From Eledone cirrhosa (Eukaryota), in contig CAXHJY010001431.1 of NCBI GenBank assembly GCA_964016885.1, forward strand, positions 36,001 through 100,000: a DNA stretch of 64,000 nucleotides, written 5' to 3'. How positions within the stretch are numbered: the stretch's first letter is position 1; every line of letters starts with the position of its first letter. The notes beneath the pieces were generated by a model. That model was given only the letters and a program-made list of their open reading frames with translations, made no database searches and had not been told where the DNA came from. Positions 25,320 through 41,000 of the stretch are shown one piece after another. The translations under genes were made by a program, and so were the position numbers.

Positions 25320-28300
25320 AGGCGGCCGGCCCACGATCGAAAAGGTAACTCCGCCGGCAAATTCGCATTTTTGTGATTCGTTTCTTCGAAGCACACCATT
25401 CGCTGGTGGACTTCAGCTTCCGCATTTAGCATGGGCAACGTTTCGTGAAAATCACACCACACAGAGCAAATGTGTGTCTTCACATGGACCAGTAATTACA
25501 GATCGATCCGACCACAGGCGGCCGGCCCACGATCGAAAAGGTAACTCCGCCGGTAAATAGTCATTTTTGTGATTCGTTTTCTTCGAAGCACACCATTCGC
25601 CGCCGGACTTCAGCTTCCTCATTTAGCATGGGCAGTTTTTCTTGAAAATCACACCACACACGGCAAATGTGTGCCAGCACATGGACCAGTAATTACAGAT
25701 CGATGCGACCATAGGCGGCCGGCCCACGATCGAAAAGGTAACTCCGCCGGCAAATTCGCATTTTTGTGATTCGTTTCTTCGAAGCACACCATTCGCTGGT
25801 GGACTTCAGCTTCCGCATTTAGCATGGGCAGCTTTTCTTGAAAATCACACCACACACAGTCAATGAGTGTCTGAAAATATACCAGTAATTACAGATCGAT
25901 CCGACCACAGGCGGCCGGCCCACGATCGAAAAGGTAACTCCGCCGGCAAATTCGCATTTTTGTGATTCGTTTCTTCGAAGCACACCATTCGCTGGTGGAC
26001 TTCAGCTTCCGCATTTAGCATGGGCAGCTTTTCTTGAACATCACACCACACACAGCCAATGAGTGTCTGCACATATACCAGTAATTACAGATCGATCCGA
26101 CCACGGGCGGCCGGCTCACGATCGAAAAGGTAACTCCGCCGGCAAATTCGCATTTTTGTGATTCGTTTCTTCGAAGCACACCATTCGCTGGTGGACTTCA
26201 GCTTCCGCATTTAGCATGGGCAGCCTTTCTTGAAAATCACACCACACACAGTCAATGAGTGTCTGCACATATACCAGTAATTACAGATCGATCCGACCAC
26301 GGGCGGCCGGCCCACGATCGAAAAGGTAACTCCGCCGGCAAATTCGCATTTTTGTGATTCGTTTCTTCGAAGCACACCATTCGCTGGTAGACTTCAGCTT
26401 CCGCATTTAGCATGGGCAGCGTTTCTTGAAAATCACACCACACACAGGCAATGAGTGTCTGCACATATACCAGTAATGACAGATCGATCCGACCACAGGC
26501 GGCCGGCCCACGATCGAAAAGGTAACTCCGCCGGCAAATTCGCATTTTTGTGATTCGTTTCTTCGAAGCACACCATTCGCTGGTGGACTTCAGCTTCCGC
26601 ATTTAGCATGGGCAACGTTTCGTGAAAATCACACCACACAGAGCAAATGTGTGTCTTCACATGGACCAGTAATTACAGATCGATCCGACCACAGGCGGCC
26701 GGCCCACGATCGAAAAGGTAACTCCGCCGGTAAATAGTCATTTTTGTGATTCGTTTTCTTCGAAGCACACCATTCGCCGCCGGACTTCAGCTTCCTCATT
26801 TAGCATGGGCAGTTTTTCTTGAAAATCACACCACACACGGCAAATGTGTGCCAGCACATGGACCAGTAATTACAGATCGATGCGACCATAGGCGGCCGGC
26901 CCACGATCGAAAAGGTAACTCCGCCGGCAAATTCGCATTTTTGTGATTCGTTTCTTCGAAGCACACCATTCGCTGGTGGACTTCAGCTTCCGCATTTAGC
27001 ATGGGCAGCTTTTCTTGAAAATCACACCACACACAGTCAATGAGTGTCTGAAAATATACCAGTAATTACAGATCGATCCGACCACAGGCGGCCGGCCCAC
27101 GATCGAAAAGGTAACTCCGCCGGCAAATTCGCATTTTTGTGATTCGTTTCTTCGAAGCACACCATTCGCTGGTGGACTTCAGCTTCCGCATTTAGCATGG
27201 GCAGCTTTTCTTGAACATCACACCACACACAGCCAATGAGTGTCTGCACATATACCAGTAATTACAGATCGATCCGACCACGGGCGGCCGGCTCACGATC
27301 GAAAAGGTAACTCCGCCGGCAAATTCGCATTTTTGTGATTCGTTTCTTCGAAGCACACCATTCGCTGGTGGACTTCAGCTTCCGCATTTAGCATGGGCAG
27401 CTTTTCTTGAAAATCACACCACACACAGTCAATGAGTGTCTGCACATATACCAGTAATTACAGATCGATCCGACCACGGGCGGCCGGCCCACGATCGAAA
27501 AGGTAACTCCGCCGGCAAATTCGCATTTTTGTGATTCGTTTCTTCGAAGCACACCATTCGCTGGTAGACTTCAGCTTCCGCATTTAGCATGGGCAGCGTT
27601 TCTTGAAAATCACACCACACACAGGCAATGAGTGTCTGCACATATACCAGTAATGACAGATCGATCCGACCACAGGCGGCCGGCCCACGATCGAAAAGGT
27701 AACTCCGCCGGCAAATTCGCATTTTTGTGATTCGTTTCTTCGAAGCACACCATTCGCTGGTGGACTTCAGCTTCCGCATTTAGCATGGGCAACGTTTCGT
27801 GAAAATCACACCACACAGAGCAAATGTGTGTCTTCACATGGACCAGTAATTACAGATCGATCCGACCACAGGCGGCCGGCCCACGATCGAAAAGGTAACT
27901 CCGCCGGTAAATAGTCATTTTTGTGATTCGTTTTCTTCGAAGCACACCATTCGCCGCCGGACTTCAGCTTCCTCATTTAGCATGGGCAGTTTTTCTTGAA
28001 AATCACACCACACACGGCAAATGTGTGCCAGCACATGGACCAGTAATTACAGATCGATGCGACCATAGGCGGCCGGCCCACGATCGAAAAGGTAACTCCG
28101 CCGGCAAATTCGCATTTTTGTGATTCGTTTCTTCGAAGCACACCATTCGCTGGTGGACTTCAGCTTCCGCATTTAGCATGGGCAGCTTTTCTTGAAAATC
28201 ACACCACACACAGTCAATGAGTGTCTGAAAATATACCAGTAATTACAGATCGATCCGACCACAGGCGGCCGGCCCACGATCGAAAAGGTAACTCCGCCGG

Positions 28301-31300
28301 CAAATTCGCATTTTTGTGATTCGTTTCTTCGAAGCACACCATTCGCTGGTGGACTTCAGCTTCCGCATTTAGCATGGGCAGCTTTTCTTGAACATCACAC
28401 CACACACAGCCAATGAGTGTCTGCACATATACCAGTAATTACAGATCGATCCGACCACGGGCGGCCGGCTCACGATCGAAAAGGTAACTCCGCCGGCAAA
28501 TTCGCATTTTTGTGATTCGTTTCTTCGAAGCACACCATTCGCTGGTGGACTTCAGCTTCCGCATTTAGCATGGGCAGCTTTTCTTGAAAATCACACCACA
28601 CACAGTCAATGAGTGTCTGCACATATACCAGTAATTACAGATCGATCCGACCACGGGCGGCCGGCCCACGATCGAAAAGGTAACTCCGCCGGCAAATTCG
28701 CATTTTTGTGATTCGTTTCTTCGAAGCACACCATTCGCTGGTAGACTTCAGCTTCCGCATTTAGCATGGGCAGCGTTTCTTGAAAATCACACCACACACA
28801 GGCAATGAGTGTCTGCACATATACCAGTAATGACAGATCGATCCGACCACAGGCGGCCGGCCCACGATCGAAAAGGTAACTCCGCCGGCAAATTCGCATT
28901 TTTGTGATTCGTTTCTTCGAAGCACACCATTCGCTGGTGGACTTCAGCTTCCGCATTTAGCATGGGCAACGTTTCGTGAAAATCACACCACACAGAGCAA
29001 ATGTGTGTCTTCACATGGACCAGTAATTACAGATCGATCCGACCACAGGCGGCCGGCCCACGATCGAAAAGGTAACTCCGCCGGTAAATAGTCATTTTTG
29101 TGATTCGTTTTCTTCGAAGCACACCATTCGCCGCCGGACTTCAGCTTCCTCATTTAGCATGGGCAGTTTTTCTTGAAAATCACACCACACACGGCAAATG
29201 TGTGCCAGCACATGGACCAGTAATTACAGATCGATGCGACCATAGGCGGCCGGCCCACGATCGAAAAGGTAACTCCGCCGGCAAATTCGCATTTTTGTGA
29301 TTCGTTTCTTCGAAGCACACCATTCGCTGGTGGACTTCAGCTTCCGCATTTAGCATGGGCAGCTTTTCTTGAAAATCACACCACACACAGTCAATGAGTG
29401 TCTGAAAATATACCAGTAATTACAGATCGATCCGACCACAGGCGGCCGGCCCACGATCGAAAAGGTAACTCCGCCGGCAAATTCGCATTTTTGTGATTCG
29501 TTTCTTCGAAGCACACCATTCGCTGGTGGACTTCAGCTTCCGCATTTAGCATGGGCAGCTTTTCTTGAACATCACACCACACACAGCCAATGAGTGTCTG
29601 CACATATACCAGTAATTACAGATCGATCCGACCACGGGCGGCCGGCTCACGATCGAAAAGGTAACTCCGCCGGCAAATTCGCATTTTTGTGATTCGTTTC
29701 TTCGAAGCACACCATTCGCTGGTGGACTTCAGCTTCCGCATTTAGCATGGGCAGCTTTTCTTGAAAATCACACCACACACAGTCAATGAGTGTCTGCACA
29801 TATACCAGTAATTACAGATCGATCCGACCACGGGCGGCCGGCCCACGATCGAAAAGGTAACTCCGCCGGCAAATTCGCATTTTTGTGATTCGTTTCTTCG
29901 AAGCACACCATTCGCTGGTAGACTTCAGCTTCCGCATTTAGCATGGGCAGCGTTTCTTGAAAATCACACCACACACAGGCAATGAGTGTCTGCACATATA
30001 CCAGTAATGACAGATCGATCCGACCACAGGCGGCCGGCCCACGATCGAAAAGGTAACTCCGCCGGCAAATTCGCATTTTTGTGATTCGTTTCTTCGAAGC
30101 ACACCATTCGCTGGTGGACTTCAGCTTCCGCATTTAGCATGGGCAACGTTTCGTGAAAATCACACCACACAGAGCAAATGTGTGTCTTCACATGGACCAG
30201 TAATTACAGATCGATCCGACCACAGGCGGCCGGCCCACGATCGAAAAGGTAACTCCGCCGGTAAATAGTCATTTTTGTGATTCGTTTTCTTCGAAGCACA
30301 CCATTCGCCGCCGGACTTCAGCTTCCTCATTTAGCATGGGCAGTTTTTCTTGAAAATCACACCACACACGGCAAATGTGTGCCAGCACATGGACCAGTAA
30401 TTACAGATCGATGCGACCATAGGCGGCCGGCCCACGATCGAAAAGGTAACTCCGCCGGCAAATTCGCATTTTTGTGATTCGTTTCTTCGAAGCACACCAT
30501 TCGCTGGTGGACTTCAGCTTCCGCATTTAGCATGGGCAGCTTTTCTTGAAAATCACACCACACACAGTCAATGAGTGTCTGAAAATATACCAGTAATTAC
30601 AGATCGATCCGACCACAGGCGGCCGGCCCACGATCGAAAAGGTAACTCCGCCGGCAAATTCGCATTTTTGTGATTCGTTTCTTCGAAGCACACCATTCGC
30701 TGGTGGACTTCAGCTTCCGCATTTAGCATGGGCAGCTTTTCTTGAACATCACACCACACACAGCCAATGAGTGTCTGCACATATACCAGTAATTACAGAT
30801 CGATCCGACCACGGGCGGCCGGCTCACGATCGAAAAGGTAACTCCGCCGGCAAATTCGCATTTTTGTGATTCGTTTCTTCGAAGCACACCATTCGCTGGT
30901 GGACTTCAGCTTCCGCATTTAGCATGGGCAGCTTTTCTTGAAAATCACACCACACACAGTCAATGAGTGTCTGCACATATACCAGTAATTACAGATCGAT
31001 CCGACCACGGGCGGCCGGCCCACGATCGAAAAGGTAACTCCGCCGGCAAATTCGCATTTTTGTGATTCGTTTCTTCGAAGCACACCATTCGCTGGTAGAC
31101 TTCAGCTTCCGCATTTAGCATGGGCAGCGTTTCTTGAAAATCACACCACACACAGGCAATGAGTGTCTGCACATATACCAGTAATGACAGATCGATCCGA
31201 CCACAGGCGGCCGGCCCACGATCGAAAAGGTAACTCCGCCGGCAAATTCGCATTTTTGTGATTCGTTTCTTCGAAGCACACCATTCGCTGGTGGACTTCA

Positions 31301-32935
31301 GCTTCCGCATTTAGCATGGGCAACGTTTCGTGAAAATCACACCACACAGAGCAAATGTGTGTCTTCACATGGACCAGTAATTACAGATCGATCCGACCAC
31401 AGGCGGCCGGCCCACGATCGAAAAGGTAACTCCGCCGGTAAATAGTCATTTTTGTGATTCGTTTTCTTCGAAGCACACCATTCGCCGCCGGACTTCAGCT
31501 TCCTCATTTAGCATGGGCAGTTTTTCTTGAAAATCACACCACACACGGCAAATGTGTGCCAGCACATGGACCAGTAATTACAGATCGATGCGACCATAGG
31601 CGGCCGGCCCACGATCGAAAAGGTAACTCCGCCGGCAAATTCGCATTTTTGTGATTCGTTTCTTCGAAGCACACCATTCGCTGGTGGACTTCAGCTTCCG
31701 CATTTAGCATGGGCAGCTTTTCTTGAAAATCACACCACACACAGTCAATGAGTGTCTGAAAATATACCAGTAATTACAGATCGATCCGACCACAGGCGGC
31801 CGGCCCACGATCGAAAAGGTAACTCCGCCGGCAAATTCGCATTTTTGTGATTCGTTTCTTCGAAGCACACCATTCGCTGGTGGACTTCAGCTTCCGCATT
31901 TAGCATGGGCAGCTTTTCTTGAACATCACACCACACACAGCCAATGAGTGTCTGCACATATACCAGTAATTACAGATCGATCCGACCACGGGCGGCCGGC
32001 TCACGATCGAAAAGGTAACTCCGCCGGCAAATTCGCATTTTTGTGATTCGTTTCTTCGAAGCACACCATTCGCTGGTGGACTTCAGCTTCCGCATTTAGC
32101 ATGGGCAGCTTTTCTTGAAAATCACACCACACACAGTCAATGAGTGTCTGCACATATACCAGTAATTACAGATCGATCCGACCACGGGCGGCCGGCCCAC
32201 GATCGAAAAGGTAACTCCGCCGGCAAATTCGCATTTTTGTGATTCGTTTCTTCGAAGCACACCATTCGCTGGTAGACTTCAGCTTCCGCATTTAGCATGG
32301 GCAGCGTTTCTTGAAAATCACACCACACACAGGCAATGAGTGTCTGCACATATACCAGTAATGACAGATCGATCCGACCACAGGCGGCCGGCCCACGATC
32401 GAAAAGGTAACTCCGCCGGCAAATTCGCATTTTTGTGATTCGTTTCTTCGAAGCACACCATTCGCTGGTGGACTTCAGCTTCCGCATTTAGCATGGGCAA
32501 CGTTTCGTGAAAATCACACCACACAGAGCAAATGTGTGTCTTCACATGGACCAGTAATTACAGATCGATCCGACCACAGGCGGCCGGCCCACGATCGAAA
32601 AGGTAACTCCGCCGGTAAATAGTCATTTTTGTGATTCGTTTTCTTCGAAGCACACCATTCGCCGCCGGACTTCAGCTTCCTCATTTAGCATGGGCAGTTT
32701 TTCTTGAAAATCACACCACACACGGCAAATGTGTGCCAGCACATGGACCAGTAATTACAGATCGATGCGACCATAGGCGGCCGGCCCACGATCGAAAAGG
32801 TAACTCCGCCGGCAAATTCGCATTTTTGTGATTCGTTTCTTCGAAGCACACCATTCGCTGGTGGACTTCAGCTTCCGCATTTAGCATGGGCAGCTTTTCT
32901 TGAAAATCACACCACACACAGTCAATGAGTGTCTG
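25320..32935. repeat. 6-mer HOR, 1177-bp period, ~6.5 nearly identical copies
   Basis: Marker ORF at 25569, 26746, 27923, 29100, 30277, 31454 and 32631 (steps of 1177 = 6x196+1). Markers TCTTCAC, GTGCCAGC, TCTGAAAAT and TAATGAC occur once per unit. Confidence 0.96.
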
Positions 32936-35069
32936 CACATATACCAGTAATTACAGATCGATCCGACCACAGGCGGCCGGCCCACGATCGAAAAGGTAAC
33001 TCCGCCGGCAAATTCGCATTTTTGTGATTCGTTTCTTCGAAGCACACCATTCGCTGGTGGACTTCAGCTTCCGCATTTAGCATGGGCAGCTTTTCTTGAA
33101 AATCACACCACACACAGCAAATGTGTGTCTGCACATGGACCAGTAATTACAGATCGATCCGACCACGGGCGGCCGGCCCACCATCGAAAAGGTAACTCCG
33201 CCGGCAAATTCGCATTTTTGTGATTCGTTTCTTCGAAGCACACCATTCGCTGGTGGACTTCAGCTTCCGCATTTAGCATGGGCAACTTTTCTTGAAAATC
33301 ACACCACACACAGGCAATGAGTGTCTGCACATGTACCAGTAATTACAAATCGATCCGACCACGGGCGGCCGGCCACGATCGAAAAGGTAACTCCGCCGGC
33401 AAATTCGCATTTTTGTGATTCGTTTCTTCGAAGCACACCATTCGCTGGTGGACTTCAGCTTCCGCATTTAGCATGGGCAGCTTTTCTTGAACATCACACC
33501 ACACACAGCCAATGAGTGTCTGCACATATACCAGTAATTACAGATCGATCCGACCACGGGCGGCCGGCTCACGATCGAAAAGGTAACTCCGCCGGCAAAT
33601 TCGCATTTTTGTGATTCGTTTCTTCGAAGCACACCATTCGCTGGTGGACTTCAGCTTCCGCATTTAGCTTGGGCAGCTTTTCTTGAAAATCACACCACAT
33701 ACAGTCAATGAGTGTCTGCACATATACCAGTAATTACAGATCGATCCGACCACGGGTGGCCGGCCCACGATCGAAAAGGTAACTCCGCCGGCAAATTCGC
33801 ATTTTTGTGATTCGTTTCTTCGAAGCACACCATTCGCTGGTAGACTTCAGCTTCCGCATTTAGCATGGGCAGCGTTTCTTGAAAATCACACCACACACAG
33901 TCAATGAGTGTCTGCACATATACCAGTAATTACAGATCGATCCGACCACAGGCGGCCGGCCCACGATCGAAAAGGTAACTCCGCCGGCAAATTCGCATTT
34001 TTGTGATTCGTTTCTTCGAAGCACACCATTCGTTGGTGGACTTCAGCTTCCGCATTTAGCATGGGCAACGTTTCGTGAAAATCACACCACACAGAGCAAA
34101 TGTGTGTTTGCACATGGACCAGTAATTACAGATCGATCCGACCACAGGCGGCCGGCCCACGATCGAAAAGGTAACTCCGCCGGTAAATAGTCATTTTTGT
34201 GATTCGTTTTCTTCGAAGCACACCATTCGCCGCCGGACTTCAGCTTCCTCATTTAGCATGGGCAGTTTTTCTTGAAAATCACACCACACACAGCAAATGT
34301 GTGTCTGCACATGGACCAGTAATTACAGATCGATGCGACCATAGGCGGCCGGCCCACGATCGAAAAGGTAACTCCGCCGGCAAATTCGCATTTTTGTGAT
34401 TCGTTTCTTCGAAGCACACCATTCGCTGGTGGACTTCAGCTTCCGCATTTAGCATGGGCAACTTTTCTTGAAAATCACACCACACACAGGCAATGAGTGT
34501 CTGCACATGTACCAGTAATTACAAATCGATCCGACCACGGGCGGCCGGCCACGATCGAAAAGGTAACTCCGCCGGCAAATTCGCATTTTTGTGATTCGTT
34601 TCTTCGAAGCACACCATTCGCTGGTGGACTTCAGCTTCCGCATTTAGCATGGGCAGCTTTTCTTGAACATCACACCACACACAGCCAATGAGTGTCTGCA
34701 CATATACCAGTAATTACAGATCGATCCGACCACGGGCGGCCGGCTCACGATCGAAAAGGTAACTCCGCCGGCAAATTCGCATTTTTGTGATTCGTTTCTT
34801 CGAAGCACACCATTCGCTGGTGGACTTCAGCTTCCGCATTTAGCATGGGCAGCTTTTCTTGAAAATCACACCACATACAGTCAATGAGTGTCTGCACATA
34901 TACCAGTAATTACAGATCGATCCGACCACGGGCGGCCGGCCCACGATCGAAAAGGTAACTCCGCCGGCAAATTCGCATTTTTGTGATTCGTTTCTTCGAA
35001 GCACACCATTCGCTGGTAGACTTCAGCTTCCGCATTTAGCATGGGCAGCGTTTCTTGAAAATCACACCA

Positions 35070-38000
35070 CACACAGTCAATGAGTGTCTGCACATATACC
35101 AGTAATTACAGATCGATCCGACCACAGGCGGCCGGCCCACGATCGAAAAGGTAACTCCGCCGGCAAATTCGCATTTTTGTGATTCGTTTCTTCGAAGCAC
35201 ACCATTCGCTGGTGGACTTCAGCTTCCGCATTTAGCATGGGCAGCTTTTCTTGAAAATCACACCACACACAGCAAATGTGTGTCTGCACATGGACCAGTA
35301 ATTACAGATCGATCCGACCACGGGCGGCCGGCCCACCATCGAAAAGGTAACTCCGCCGGCAAATTCGCATTTTTGTGATTCGTTTCTTCGAAGCACACCA
35401 TTCGCTGGTGGACTTCAGCTTCCGCATTTAGCATGGGCAACTTTTCTTGAAAATCACACCACACACAGGCAATGAGTGTCTGCACATGTACCAGTAATTA
35501 CAAATCGATCCGACCACGGGCGGCCGGCCACGATCGAAAAGGTAACTCCGCCGGCAAATTCGCATTTTTGTGATTCGTTTCTTCGAAGCACACCATTCGC
35601 TGGTGGACTTCAGCTTCCGCATTTAGCATGGGCAGCTTTTCTTGAACATCACACCACACACAGCCAATGAGTGTCTGCACATATACCAGTAATTACAGAT
35701 CGATCCGACCACGGGCGGCCGGCTCACGATCGAAAAGGTAACTCCGCCGGCAAATTCGCATTTTTGTGATTCGTTTCTTCGAAGCACACCATTCGCTGGT
35801 GGACTTCAGCTTCCGCATTTAGCATGGGCAGCTTTTCTTGAAAATCACACCACATACAGTCAATGAGTGTCTGCACATATACCAGTAATTACAGATCGAT
35901 CCGACCACGGGCGGCCGGCCCACGATCGAAAAGGTAACTCCGCCGGCAAATTCGCATTTTTGTGATTCGTTTCTTCGAAGCACACCATTCGCTGGTAGAC
36001 TTCAGCTTCCGCATTTAGCATGGGCAGCGTTTCTTGAAAATCACACCACACACAGTCAATGAGTGTCTGCACATATACCAGTAATTACAGATCGATCCGA
36101 CCACAGGCGGCCGGCCCACGATCGAAAAGGTAACTCCGCCGGCAAATTCGCATTTTTGTGATTCGTTTCTTCGAAGCACACCATTCGCTGGTGGACTTCA
36201 GCTTCCGCATTTAGCATGGGCAACGTTTCGTGAAAATCACACCACACAGAGCAAATGTGTGTCTTCACATGGACCAGTAATTACAGATCGATCCGACCAC
36301 AGGCGGCCGGCCCACGATCGAAAAGGTAACTCCGCCGGTAAATAGTCATTTTTGTGATTCGTTTTCTTCGAAGCACACCATTCGCCGCCGGACTTCAGCT
36401 TCCTCATTTAGCATGGGCAGTTTTTCTTGAAAATCACACCACACACGGCAAATGTGTGCCAGCACATGGACCAGTAATTACAGATCGATGCGACCATAGG
36501 CGGCCGGCCCACGATCGAAAAGGTAACTCCGCCGGCAAATTCGCATTTTTGTGATTCGTTTCTTCGAAGCACACCATTCGCTGGTGGACTTCAGCTTCCG
36601 CATTTAGCATGGGCAGCTTTTCTTGAAAATCACACCACACACAGTCAATGAGTGTCTGAAAATATACCAGTAATTACAGATCGATCCGACCACAGGCGGC
36701 CGGCCCACGATCGAAAAGGTAACTCCGCCGGCAAATTCGCATTTTTGTGATTCGTTTCTTCGAAGCACACCATTCGCTGGTGGACTTCAGCTTCCGCATT
36801 TAGCATGGGCAGCTTTTCTTGAACATCACACCACACACAGCCAATGAGTGTCTGCACATATACCAGTAATTACAGATCGATCCGACCACGGGCGGCCGGC
36901 TCACGATCGAAAAGGTAACTCCGCCGGCAAATTCGCATTTTTGTGATTCGTTTCTTCGAAGCACACCATTCGCTGGTGGACTTCAGCTTCCGCATTTAGC
37001 ATGGGCAGCTTTTCTTGAAAATCACACCACACACAGTCAATGAGTGTCTGCACATATACCAGTAATTACAGATCGATCCGACCACGGGCGGCCGGCCCAC
37101 GATCGAAAAGGTAACTCCGCCGGCAAATTCGCATTTTTGTGATTCGTTTCTTCGAAGCACACCATTCGCTGGTAGACTTCAGCTTCCGCATTTAGCATGG
37201 GCAGCGTTTCTTGAAAATCACACCACACACAGGCAATGAGTGTCTGCACATATACCAGTAATGACAGATCGATCCGACCACAGGCGGCCGGCCCACGATC
37301 GAAAAGGTAACTCCGCCGGCAAATTCGCATTTTTGTGATTCGTTTCTTCGAAGCACACCGTTCGCTGGTGGACTTCAGCTTCCGCATTTAGCATGGGCAA
37401 CGTTTCGTGAAAATCACACCACACAGAGCAAATGTGTGTCTTCACATGGACCAGTAATTACAGATCGATCCGACCACAGGCGGCCGGCCCACGATCGAAA
37501 AGGTAACTCCGCCGGTAAATAGTCATTTTTGTGATTCGTTTTCTTCGAAGCACACCATTCGCCGCCGGACTTCAGCTTCCTCATTTAGCATGGGCAGTTT
37601 TTCTTGAAAATCACACCACACACGGCAAATGTGTGCCAGCACATGGACCAGTAATTACAGATCGATGCGACCATAGGCGGCCGGCCCACGATCGAAAAGG
37701 TAACTCCGCCGGCAAATTCGCATTTTTGTGATTCGTTTCTTCGAAGCACACCATTCGCTGGTGGACTTCAGCTTCCGCATTTAGCATGGGCAGCTTTTCT
37801 TGAAAATCACACCACACACAGTCAATGAGTGTCTGCACATATACCAGTAATTACAGATCGATCCGACCACAGGCGGCCGGCCCACGATCGAAAAGGTAAC
37901 TCCGCCGGCAAATTCGCATTTTTGTGATTCGTTTCTTCGAAGCACACCATTCGCTGGTAGACTTCAGCTTCCGCATTTAGCATGGGCAGCGTTTCTTGAA

Positions 38001-41000
38001 AATCACACCACACACAGTCAATGAGTGTCTGCACATATACCAGTAATTACAGATCGATCCGACCACAGGCGGCCGGCCCACGATCGAAAAGGTAACTCCG
38101 CCGGCAAATTCGCATTTTTGTGATTCGTTTCTTCGAAGCACACCATTCGCTGGTGGACTTCAGCTTCCGCATTTAGCATGGGCAGCTTTTCTTGAAAATC
38201 ACACCACACACAGCAAATGTGTGTCTGCACATGGACCAGTAATTACAGATCGATCCGACCACGGGCGGCCGGCCCACCATCGAAAAGGTAACTCCGCCGG
38301 CAAATTCGCATTTTTGTGATTCGTTTCTTCGAAGCACACCATTCGCTGGTGGACTTCAGCTTCCGCATTTAGCATGGGCAACTTTTCTTGAAAATCACAC
38401 CACACACAGGCAATGAGTGTCTGCACATGTACCAGTAATTACAAATCGATCCGACCACGGGCGGCCGGCCACGATCGAAAAGGTAACTCCGCCGGCAAAT
38501 TCGCATTTTTGTGATTCGTTTCTTCGAAGCACACCATTCGCTGGTGGACTTCAGCTTCCGCATTTAGCATGGGCAGCTTTTCTTGAACATCACACCACAC
38601 ACAGCCAATGAGTGTCTGCACATATACCAGTAATTACAGATCGATCCGACCACGGGCGGCCGGCTCACGATCGAAAAGGTAACTCCGCCGGCAAATTCGC
38701 ATTTTTGTGATTCGTTTCTTCGAAGCACACCATTCGCTGGTGGACTTCAGCTTCCGCATTTAGCATGGGCAGCTTTTCTTGAAAATCACACCACATACAG
38801 TCAATGAGTGTCTGCACATATACCAGTAATTACAGATCGATCCGACCACGGGCGGCCGGCCCACGATCGAAAAGGTAACTCCGCCGGCAAATTCGCATTT
38901 TTGTGATTCGTTTCTTCGAAGCACACCATTCGCTGGTAGACTTCAGCTTCCGCATTTAGCATGGGCAGCGTTTCTTGAAAATCACACCACACACAGTCAA
39001 TGAGTGTCTGCACATATACCAGTAATTACAGATCGATCCGACCACAGGCGGCCGGCCCACGATCGAAAAGGTAACTCCGCCGGCAAATTCGCATTTTTGT
39101 GATTCGTTTCTTCGAAGCACACCATTCGCTGGTGGACTTCAGCTTCCGCATTTAGCATGGGCAACGTTTCGTGAAAATCACACCACACAGAGCAAATGTG
39201 TGTCTTCACATGGACCAGTAATTACAGATCGATCCGACCACAGGCGGCCGGCCCACGATCGAAAAGGTAACTCCGCCGGTAAATAGTCATTTTTGTGATT
39301 CGTTTTCTTCGAAGCACACCATTCGCCGCCGGACTTCAGCTTCCTCATTTAGCATGGGCAGTTTTTCTTGAAAATCACACCACACACGGCAAATGTGTGC
39401 CAGCACATGGACCAGTAATTACAGATCGATGCGACCATAGGCGGCCGGCCCACGATCGAAAAGGTAACTCCGCCGGCAAATTCGCATTTTTGTGATTCGT
39501 TTCTTCGAAGCACACCATTCGCTGGTGGACTTCAGCTTCCGCATTTAGCATGGGCAGCTTTTCTTGAAAATCACACCACACACAGTCAATGAGTGTCTGA
39601 AAATATACCAGTAATTACAGATCGATCCGACCACAGGCGGCCGGCCCACGATCGAAAAGGTAACTCCGCCGGCAAATTCGCATTTTTGTGATTCGTTTCT
39701 TCGAAGCACACCATTCGCTGGTGGACTTCAGCTTCCGCATTTAGCATGGGCAGCTTTTCTTGAACATCACACCACACACAGCCAATGAGTGTCTGCACAT
39801 ATACCAGTAATTACAGATCGATCCGACCACGGGCGGCCGGCTCACGATCGAAAAGGTAACTCCGCCGGCAAATTCGCATTTTTGTGATTCGTTTCTTCGA
39901 AGCACACCATTCGCTGGTGGACTTCAGCTTCCGAATTTAGCATGGGCAGCTTTTCTTGAAAATCACACCACACACAGTCAATGAGTGTCTGCACATATAC
40001 CAGTAATTACAGATCGATCCGACCACGGGCGGCCGGCCCACGATCGAAAAGGTAACTCCGCCGGCAAATTCGCATTTTTGTGATTCGTTTCTTCGAAGCA
40101 CACCATTCGCTGGTAGACTTCAGCTTCCGCATTTAGCATGGGCAGCTTTTCTTGAAAATCACACCACACACAGTCAATGAGTGTCTGCACATATACCAGT
40201 AATTACAGATCGATCCGACCACGGGCGGCCGGCCCACGATCGAAAAGGTAACTCCGCCGGCAAATTCGCATTTTTGTGATTCGTTTCTTCGAAGCACACC
40301 ATTCGCTGGTAGACTTCAGCTTCCGCATTTAGCATGGGCAGCGTTTCTTGAAAATCACACCACACACAGGCAATGAGTGTCTGCACATATACCAGTAATG
40401 ACAGATCGATCCGACCACAGGCGGCCGGCCCACGATCGAAAAGGTAACTCCGCCGGCAAATTCGCATTTTTGTGATTCGTTTCTTCGAAGCACACCATTC
40501 GCTGGTGGACTTCAGCTTCCGCATTTAGCATGGGCAACGTTTCGTGAAAATCACACCACACAGAGCAAATGTGTGTCTTCACATGGACCAGTAATTACAG
40601 ATCGATCCGACCACAGGCGGCCGGCCCACGATCGAAAAGGTAACTCCGCCGGTAAATAGTCATTTTTGTGATTCGTTTTCTTCGAAGCACACCATTCGCC
40701 GCCGGACTTCAGCTTCCTCATTTAGCATGGGCAGTTTTTCTTGAAAATCACACCACACACGGCAAATGTGTGCCAGCACATGGACCAGTAATTACAGATC
40801 GATGCGACCATAGGCGACCGGCCCACGATCGAAAAGGTAACTCCGCCGGCAAATTCGCATTTTTGTGATTCGTTTCTTCGAAGCACACCATTCGCTGGTG
40901 GACTTCAGCTTCCGCATTTAGCATGGGCAGCTTTTCTTGAAAATCACACCACACACAGTCAATGAGTGTCTGCACATATACCAGTAATTACAGATCGATC

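Noticed and set aside
34028-34045. CENP-B box (the TTCGTTGG variant; TCG...CGGG near monomer positions 120-136)
   Set aside because: The required TTCG-N4-A-N2-CGGG spacing is not met at either site.
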